Part shown: positions 55,309 through 64,000 of the stretch, one piece after another
Layout: every line of letters starts with the position of its first letter
Numbering within the stretch: position 1 is the stretch's first letter
Assembly (NCBI RefSeq): GCF_004010195.1
Contig: NC_057759.1
Coordinates: forward strand, 223,865 to 287,864
Origin: Chiloscyllium plagiosum
Taxonomy: Eukaryota
Direction of reading: 5' to 3'
Length of the DNA: 64,000 bases
Translations under genes and position numbers: made by a program
The notes under the pieces: model-generated
Seen by the model: the letters and a program-made list of their open reading frames with translations, nothing else
What the model was told of the DNA's origin: nothing
The model's database searches: none

Positions 55309-58300
55309 TAGAGTCATAGAGATGTACAGCATGGAAACAGACCCTTCAGTCAGAACCCATCCATGCCGACCAGATATCCCAACCCACCTGCCAGCACCCG
55401 GCCCATATCCCTCCAAACCCTTCCTATTTATATACCCATCCAAATGCCTTTTAAATGTTGCAATTGTATCAGCCACCACCACTTCCTCTGGCTGCTCATT
55501 CCATACACATACCACCCTCTATGTGAAAAAGTCGCCCCTTAGGTCTTTTTTATATCTTTCCCCTCTCACCCTAAACCTAGGCCCTCTAGTTCTGGACTCC
55601 GGCCCCAGGGAAAAAAACTTTGTCTACATAACAGTGGGCAGCACGGTGGCACAGTGGTTAGCATTGCTGTCTCACAGCGCCAGAGATCCGGGTTCAATTC
55701 CCGACTCAGGCGACTGACTGTGTGGAGTTTGCACATTCTCCCCGTGTCTGCGTGGGTTTCCTCCGAGTGCTCCGGTTTCCTCCCACAGTCCAAAGATGTG
55801 CAGATCAGGTGAATTGGCCATGCTAAGTTGCCCGTAGTGTTAGGTAAAGGGGTAAATGTAGGGGAATGGGTAGGTTCGCGCTTCGACGGGTCGGTGTGGA
55901 CTTGTTGGGCCGAAGGGCCTGTTTCCACACTGTAAGTAATCTCTAATCTAAAAAACTTATCCATGCCCCTCATGATTTTGTAAACCTCTATAAGGTCACC
56001 CGTCAACCTCTGATGCTCCAGGGAAAACAGCCCCAGCCTGTTCAGCTTCTCCCTATAGCTCAAATTCTCCAACCCTGGCAACATCCTTGTAAATCTTTTC
56101 TGAACCCTTTCAAGATTCACAATATCTTTCCGATAGAAAGGAGACCACAATTGCACACAATATTCTAGCAATGGCCTAACCAATGTCCAGTGCAGCTGCA
56201 ACATGACCTCCCAACTCCCATACTCAATACTCTGACCAATAAAAGAGAGCATACCAAACGCCTTCTTCACTATCCTATCTACCTGCGACTCCACTTTCAA
56301 GGAGATATGAACCTGCACTCCAAGGTTTCTTGGTTCAGCAACACTCTATTGGCCCTTACCATTAAGTGTATAAGATTTGCTTTCCCAAAATGCAGTACCT
56401 CCCATTTATCTGAATTAAATGCCACATGCCACTTCTCAGCCCATTGGCCCATCTGGTCAAGATCCTGTTGTAATCTGAGGTAACATTCTTCACTGTCCCC
56501 TACACCTCCAATTTTGGGGTCATCGGCAAACTTACTAACTGTACCTCTTATGCTGACATCCAAATCATTTATGTAAATGACAAAAAGTAGTGGACCCAGC
56601 ACCGATCCTTGTGGAACTCCACTGGTCACAGGCCTCCAGTCTGAAAAACAACTCTCCACCAACACCCTCTGTCTTCTACCTTTGAGCCAGTTCTGTATCC
56701 ACACGACTAGTTCTCCCTGTATTCCGTGAGATTTTTATTCCTGATGAAGGGGTTTTGTCTGAAATGTCGATTTCGAAGCTCCTTGGATGCTGCCTGAACC
56801 TGCTGTGCTCTTCCAGCACCATTAATCCAGAATTCTGTGAGATCTAACTTTGCTAACCAATCTCCCATGGGGAATCTTGTCGAATGCCTTACTGAAGTCC
56901 ATATAGATCACATCTACCGCTCTGCCCTCATCAATCCTCTTTGTTACTTATTCAAAAAACTCAATCAAGTTTGTTAGACATGATTTCCACGTTGACTATC
57001 CCTAATCAGTCCTTGTCTCTCCAAATACATGTACCTCTGTCCCTCAGGATTTCCTTCAACAACTTGCCCACCACCAACATCAGGCTCACTGGTCTATACT
57101 TCCCTGGCTTGTCATTACCACCCTTCTTAAACAGTGGCACCACGTTAGCCAACCTCCAGTCTTCCGGCACCTTACCTGTGACTATCAATTATACAAATAT
57201 CTCAGCAAGAGGCCCAGCAATCACTTTTCTAGCTTCCCACAGAGTTCTAGGGTACACCTGATCAGGTCCTGGGTATTTATCCACCTTTATGCATTTCAAG
57301 ATATTCAGCACTTCCTCCTCTGTAATGTGGACATTTTTCAAGATGTCACCATCTATTTCCCTACATTCTATATCTTCCATGTCCTTTTCCACAGTAAATA
57401 TTGATGCAAAATACTCATTTTGTATCCTCCCTCATTTTCTGCGGCTCTACACAAAAGCTGCCTTGCAGATCTTTGAGGGGCCCTATTCTCTGCCTAGTTA
57501 CCCTTTTGTCCTTAATGTATTTGTAAAAACCCTTTGGATTCTCCTTACTCCTATTTCCCAAGGCTATCTCATGTCCTCTGTTTGCCCTCCTGATTTCCCT
57601 CATAAGTATACTCCTACTGCCTTTATACTCTTCTAAGGATTCACTTGGTTCTGGATTAGTGGTGCTGGATGAAGGGCTTTTGCCTGAAACGTTGATTTTG
57701 AAGCTCCTCGGATGCTGCCTGAACTGCTGTGCTCTTCCAGCACCACTAATGCAGAATCTGGTTTCCAGCATCTGCAGTCATTGTTTTTACCTCTAAGGAT
57801 TCCCTTGATCTATCCTGTGTTACCTTACATATGCTTCCTTCTTTTTCTTAACCAAGCCCTCGATTTCTTTTGTCATCCAGCATCCCCTATACCTATCCGC
57901 CTTTCCTTTCACCCTAACAGGAATATTCTTTCTCTGGACTCTCGTTATCTCATTTCTGAAGGCTTCCCATTTTCCAGCTCTCCCTTGACCTGCAAACATC
58001 TGCCTCCAATCAGCTTTTGAAAGTACTTGCCTGATACAATCAAAATTGGCCTTTCTCCAATTTAGAACTTCAACTTTTAGATCTGGTCTATCCTTTTCCA
58101 TCACTATTTCAAACCTAATGGAATTATGGTCGCTGGCCCCAAAGTTCTCTCTCAGTGACAACTCAGTCACCTGCCTTATTTCCCAAGAGTAGGTCAAGCT
58201 TTGCACCTTCTCTAGTAGGTACATCATGTACTGAATCCGAAAATTTTCTTGTACACACTTCACAAATTCCTCTCCATCTAAACCCTTAACACTATGGCAG

Positions 58301-58590
58301 TCCCAGTCTATGTTTGGAAAGTTAAAATCCCCTACCATAACCACTAGAGCATAGATTCTTACAGATAGCTGACATCTCCTTACAAGTTTGTTTCTCAATT
58401 TCCCTCTGACTATTAGATGGCCTATAATACAATCCCAATAAGGTGATCATCCCTTTCATATTTCTCAGTTCCACCCAAATAACTTCCCTGGATGTATTTC
58501 CAGAAATATCCTCCCTCAGCACTGCTGAAATGCTATCCCTTATCAAAAATGCCACTCCCCCTCCTCTCTTGCCTCCCTTTCTGTCCTTCC
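55309..58590 (-). mobile_element. CR1 LINE covering most of ORF2, with nested SINE and two family A inserts (56733-56831, 57648-57791)
   Basis: GGGVAFLI, GLYYRPSN, GDFNFPNIDW, SDHN, GVPQGSVLGPLLF, FADDPKIGG. Confidence 0.93.
55634..55950 (+). mobile_element. HE1-like SINE
   Basis: GGGCAGCACGGTGGCACAGTGGTTAGC, GGTTCAATTCC, CTAATCTA tail. Confidence 0.9.
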
Positions 58591-58914
58591 TTTGATTACA
58601 CTCCCATTTCACAGAACATGAACTGACAGATACACTTTGATAACTATTCACAGAACAAAATCTGACAGCCATATATTGACATTCACACTTTTACACCTCG
58701 CAGAAATTGACAGATGCAGATTGATAACTAAACTCACATTCACACAGCAGAAACTGAGGGGGTAGATTTATAATGACAGTCACACACTTGAATTGCAATA
58801 ACTGACAAGGACAATTAATGACAACATTTACATGTTCATTTGGCAAGAATGGACAGGTACAGGTCAATAAATGAATTGTCATATTCACAATGCAGGAAGT
58901 GAGAGATGGACACT

Positions 58915-59890
58915 GTGTGATGATATTGTGGTTTGAAGAGGTTTATTTTGTCCTTTTGTTCTTGAAGAGCAATTTTAAGGCAGAGACACCGAGCCACTAG
59001 AGCAAACAGTTTGAGGCCTATTGGGCATCTTTACAGAAAGCTGAAGACTCATCAACAGAAATACTTCATGTTTGAGAAGGACACCTTGCGTTGATTGTTT
59101 TTGGAGAAATTTAAGAACAAAACTTACAGACTGTTTAGATGAAGCTTATTATTGCAGCCATTCAATTTGCAAATTACATACATGGCAGGATGACAGAACC
59201 TCATTGCCAAGGTGCCGTCACGACTTTGATGAAAAACGATGGAAGCATTTCTTAGCAGGAAAAAGTGGACTGTCGCAGTGAGTATTTCCATGCTTCAAGT
59301 CAATAAAATGTATATGTATTGTTTACTAATAGTGTAAAAATTAGGCCATCTCTGTATATTGATGGATTCTTTTTAAGAGGGGTGGAAGGTTTGATGGTAT
59401 TGTGGCTTTAAGATGTTTATTATGTCCTTTCTTTCTTGTTGAAGAGAGGTTTTATGGCAGAAGTGTCGAGAAGTCTACCAGAGCCGTGAGAGTAAACAGT
59501 TTGAGGCTTTTTTATAGTTGGAACAACAGAGGCAGCCTGAGTTAGTGTGGTCAAGCTCTCACAGAACAACATTTTTAGTTTTGGCTTTCAGCAAAACTGT
59601 TGCATCCTGAAGACAGGAAAGCTAGTTTCCTCTTCTCAGTTACAGTCAGAAGCTGCAGATTCTCCTTCTCCTTCTGCTACTGGAGTTGGATGCTTGACTA
59701 TCTATTTTATTGAATTTGTCTTTTGCCAAGAATGTTTATGGGATATGCACTGGAACAGTTAACTCGGAAGAGTTACTGTATCCATTATTCTATTAAGTAA
59801 TCCAACAGAGTTAAGATTTTCCAATTCCTTCTTTATTGTGTTATATGTTAACTACTGTGGACAGGATAAAATACACCTTTTTAAAGCCAC
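58915..59890 (+). mobile_element. probable LTR-derived sequence with duplicated 5' end
   Basis: 58918-59030 is repeated at 59392-59512; patchy similarity to 14693-15264 (TGTGATGAT start, TGTTTATGGG). Confidence 0.4.
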
Positions 59891-60126
59891 ACAATCATTC
59901 TAACTGATAACTGCCCTCATATTCACATAATAGAAACAGATTGGTACAGATAGATAACTACATTGCCATATTCGCGTCAGAGAAACATTCAGGAACAGAT
60001 TAAGCCAAATTCAGGAATTCACAAAGCAGAAGCTGACTGATACAGATGGATAACCAAACTCTTATATTCACAAACCAGAAAACATCAGGTGAAGGTTAAT
60101 GACCATATTTACAATGCAGAAACTGA

Positions 60127-61439
60127 CATCGACCTCGCAAAGGAAACACTCGCCACACTTTTAGAACAGACCATCACACATACACCAACAAACCATCAAT
60201 CACAACGAAAACATCATGAAGCTAGTGGACCTGTGCCTCACCACCCACTTCACTTTCAACAACATAGTCTACAAACAAAAACGGCACACCCATGGGATCT
60301 CCGCTATCAGGATTCATAGCAGAAGCGGTAATGCAAAGGCTAGAACAAACAGCCCTACCAATCATCAAACCAAAAATCTGGGTTCGCTACGTAATGACAC
60401 TTTTGTCATCACAAAACGAAACAAGATAGAAGAGACATTTAACATCATCAACAACACCCTCACAGGCATAAAGTTCACCAAGGAAGAAGAAACTGACAAC
60501 AAACGCGCATTCCTGGACGTCATAGTAGAAAGAAAGGACAACGGAGTATTACAAACCTGTGTATACAGAAAACCGACAAACACTGACCAAATACTCAACT
60601 ACACCAGCAACCATCCCAACACACAGAAACGAAGCTGTATCAGAACACTATTCCAACGAGCCACCACACACTGCAGCACAGACAAACTTCGAAAAACAGA
60701 GGAGACCCACTTATACGAAGTATTCAAGAAGAAAGGATACTCAAAAAACACAGTGCGCAGATTCCTCAAGAACAAACCACAACAAGCAGACAAAACACAG
60801 CCAGAAACCCTAACCACCTTACCATATATCAAAGAAGTTTTAGAAATGACAGCCAGACTACTGAGACCCCTCGGAATCCTAGTAGCACACAAACCCACCA
60901 ACACTCTCAAACAAAAACTAACAAACTTAAAAGACCCAGTACAACCCATGGACAAGACCAACGTCATCTATAAAATTCCATGCAAGGACTGCCACAAACA
61001 CTACGTAGGACAAACAGGAAGAAAGTTAGCCACCAGGATACATGAACACCAGCTAGCCACAAAAAGACACGACCTCCTCTCCCTCATAGCCCTACACATG
61101 GATGAAAAAAAACACCATTTCGACTGGGACAACACATCTATCCTGGGACAGGCTAAGCAAAGACACGCCAGAGAATTCCTAGAGGCCTAGCACTCCAACC
61201 ACAACATCATAAACAAGCACATAGATCTAGATGCCATCTATCAACCCCTCAGAAAACGATCAGGTAATGACATCACCACAAACCCCAGGAACCCCATCCA
61301 GGAAAAAGATATAAATAGAAAGCAGGAGACAACAGCTTCGCTTCACTTGGAGGTCGCCACTGATGATGTTACCTAGCCAGGTAATGAAACGTCTGGATAC
61401 AAACCTACAGCTCAGCGAGCAAACCTACACCCTAAACCC
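60127..61439 (+). mobile_element. 5'-truncated Penelope-like element, family C (RT C-terminal half plus GIY-YIG)
   Basis: MGSPLS in an alternative frame, FLDV, VYRKPTNT, NVIYKIPCKDCHKHYVGQTGRKLATRIHEH; flanking GAAACTGA at 60119-60126 and 61440-61447. Confidence 0.93.
61357..61396 (+). ncRNA. minimal type I hammerhead motif, family C
   Basis: CCA-CTGATGA-T-GTTACC-TAGCCA-GGTAAT-GAAAC-GTC-TGG in the PLE 3' UTR. Confidence 0.75.
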
Positions 61440-62714
61440 GAAACTGAAAAGTTGAAACTGATAAAAGCATTCACACAGACACATAGCAGAAACTGATAGG
61501 GGAAGACTGATAATTACACAGACGTATTCATTGAGCAGAAACTGACTCATAGGAAAGACTGATAGACACTGCAATGGTAATGACTTACACATTCTCACAA
61601 CAGGGACCTTTTGGGATTGAGCGATAATTGTACGAACGTAATCACTGACAGATACAGATGATTACTACAGTCACATGTTGAGATAGCAGAAACTGACAAG
61701 GACAGATTGTGAGAAAGTAATAATCATTCACCCCCTGAAAGCTCACATGCGCAGATCAAAAACCGCACTCCCGTTTTACACAGCCACTAACGAGAGGTAA
61801 ACTAATCCTTAACCAACCTGAAATTCTGAAGAACACAATATTATTCACAGTGTAATCAGAGAATCACAGTGATAAAACAAATAACATGAGATTGTCACAA
61901 TTAAAATTCACATAAGTACTATGTTCAAAATAATCCTTAAATAAGTGACCAGTTCAGAATGAGCACAAATGATTTGTAACCAAATAAAATTCAGAGAAAA
62001 TCCATTTAGCAAAGTTTATAATGAAAAAAACATCCTGCGAGGAACAAATGCACCGAATAATATCTATTCTAATGTAATGCAATGTAAGATTTCAGGAACT
62101 GAAATGTTGGCAGGGACACTGCTGACACTGATTGAGGAGCTGAACAGAGAGTAAAATTCATGTTGTCAGCAGAAAGCAAAAGGCACAGGTCGCAGTACGT
62201 CCGTTCCATTTAGTCGTTGAGGTAATCAGAGTAGAATTGACAATGATACACACACTGGCAGATATTCTAAGTAACGTATGAATACTTTGGCTGATACTCA
62301 TTGGAGATTTGAAGAAGAATCGGCGAATAGATAATTGAAGAGAGTTTACAGAGTAGATGATGGTAGGATGTCCTTCATTTTCGGAGACTATAGAGCAAGA
62401 AACACAAGCAAAAGAGAACATTCCTTAGCTCCCATTATCCTCCAACACAATGCAATTGTCGAGTAGTTCCATTATTTCCAGGAGTAAAACACACTCCCTG
62501 TCAGATTGCAGTGCATTTTCTCACTTGACAACAAATGTGATGCCATTTTAAAATGGAAAAGCAAAGAAAACTATAAGCTAAAGATGCAGAATGCCTTTCA
62601 ATTAGAATCTCACATTTTAGAGTGAGCTCGGCATTTGATCCCTTCAGAAAATTTCGGTTTGTGTTTCCGATGATATTGCAAATCCTGACAGGTCCACATT
62701 GAGTCCCAAACTAA

Positions 62715-62812
62715 CCAATCAGAGAGAAGCTACCGTGTCTACAAAGTAGCCAATAAGCAGCCAGGCATTCCTCAATCCCTCATTAGCATTGATGACGCCG
62801 TCAGTCTATATA
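62715..62812 (+). promoter_or_regulatory. H2B promoter
   Basis: CCAAT at 62715 and 62750; octamer variant ATTAGCAT 62782-62789; TGACG 62793; TATATA 62807-62812. Confidence 0.75.
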
Positions 62813-62866
62813 GAGCGAGCTCCGAGTCCGCTTTCCCTTATTCTGTATCTGAGAGTGAGCGGCGCT

Positions 62867-63160
62867 ATGGTTGAGGAAAAGAAGGGTCAAGTTGCCAAGA
62901 AGGGCGCGAAGAAAGCGGTGAAGAGGGCGCCAGCGAAGGGCGGCAAGAAGAGGAGGCGGTCCAGGAAAGAAAGTTACGCCATCTACATCTACAAAGTGAT
63001 GAAGCAGGTTCACCCCGACACCGGCATCTCCTCCAAGGCCATGAACATCATGAACTCGTTCGTCAAGACCGCCGTGCGGCTGTTGCTGCCCGGGGAGCTG
63101 GCCAAGCACGCCGTGTCGGAGGGCACAAAGGCGGTGACCAAGTACACCAGCTCCAAGTGA
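62867..63160 (+). pseudogene. H2B: histone H2B with an in-frame 28-codon internal deletion (97-aa ORF still open)
   Basis: ...[37 protein letters not shown]; canonical NDIFERIA...REIQ (29 aa) is replaced by one K. Confidence 0.85.
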
Positions 63161-63203
63161 GGGACCGCATTGCACTGAAGCATACACACACCCACAACCC
63201 AAA

Positions 63204-63245
63204 GGCTCTTTTAAGAGCCACTCACAACTTCCCTGAAACAGCTGA
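63204..63245 (+). terminator. H2B 3' stem-loop and HDE-like element
   Basis: GGCTCTTTTAAGAGCC at 63204-63219; GAAACAGCTG downstream. Confidence 0.9.
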
Positions 63246-64000
63246 ATCGTTATTTTTATGTTTGATAAAATGTTCGGTCAAGTATTAAGTGATTTCTGAC
63301 CCCGTCCGCACCTTATTCTCGGATACGTTCATGTGTATCCTGTAGTCCCTGCCTGGGGAGAGAGAACATGTTAAACGTCACTGTCATTTTTCAGCTGATT
63401 GTATGTGTCCTTGTTATTCGATCAGTTCTGGAGTTTCATCCCCATCAAACCAAGTGCTCCCCCAGCACCCGCCGGGAAACAAAAAAAAGTTTCCCTTTGA
63501 GTCCGATTTTACTTTATTTATTTTTAATTTCCAAATCTCCGCACGGGTATTGTCCGGGAACAGCCTTGCCAAATGCACCGAAATAAAACTAGAACAGCTG
63601 CAGAAGTGGCAGAGCAAATGTGGAGGTTTTTTTTATCGATCTATGATCGTGTGCAATAGGGAGGGTAACTTTAAAATATTCTCGAACGATCGTGTTCACT
63701 ATTAATGCGCTTGTTCGGGAGAACGTAATCTCATGTTGTATCATGCTGTTGAAATGTGAAGTAAATGATTAGTTGCAGAGTGCAGGGTTTGGCGCCTTTT
63801 TTGGGGGTCCGCTTATGTTTAGCGTTTGGAAAATCCCAATTCAAGTTCAGAAATGGACAGGTTCCAGTAGGCTAGGGAATGAGGTCAAGAGTTAATGTAA
63901 AGGGCCCACTTTTCATGTAGAAGTAAATTATCTTCAGTATTCGTGCATTCTTCTGTGTTTAAACTTCCTACTTTTCGGTACATATTGGCGGACTTTTCAA

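Larger units (their letters stand above)
54740..61710 (+). repeat. ~49-bp array fragmented by CR1, LTR-like and Penelope insertions
   Basis: Units visible at about 54740-55308, 58595-58900, 59895-60126 and 61440-61710. Confidence 0.75.

Noticed and set aside
41593-56318. Chimeric LINE/SINE ORFs (41593-42294, 42333-42671, 55566-56318)
   Set aside because: Read-through across nested insertions, not host genes.
60216-61190. Domesticated or active Penelope protein
   Set aside because: 5'-truncated, frameshifted around the RT catalytic region, and ends in a premature TAG.

Overview
Vertebrate genomic DNA, very probably from a shark (inferred from HE1-type tRNA-derived SINEs, abundant CR1 LINEs and the H2B/H1 N-termini). 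It is the decaying part of a replication-dependent histone cluster. Intact: H4 (18905-19216) and H3.2 (39736-40146). Damaged: an H3 pseudogene, a 5'-truncated H2A fused to an H4 3' remnant, a frameshifted H1, and an H2B with an in-frame 84-nt deletion but intact promoter and stem-loop. Much of the window is CR1 LINEs, SINEs, Penelope-like elements (PLEs) and a Gypsy relic. Three things go beyond routine annotation. (1) An unrecognised multi-copy spliced gene is interleaved with the histone genes: NRF1-type promoter, five copies of an 82-nt exon, and one copy with intact splice sites and a short spliced ORF lying head-to-head with H4. (2) Long degenerate ~49-bp tandem arrays alternate with copies of that gene. 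(3) Many minimal hammerhead-ribozyme motifs from three PLE families are present, several inside foldback insertions with 10-16 bp target-site duplications. Repeat boundaries are approximate and all alignments were done by eye.
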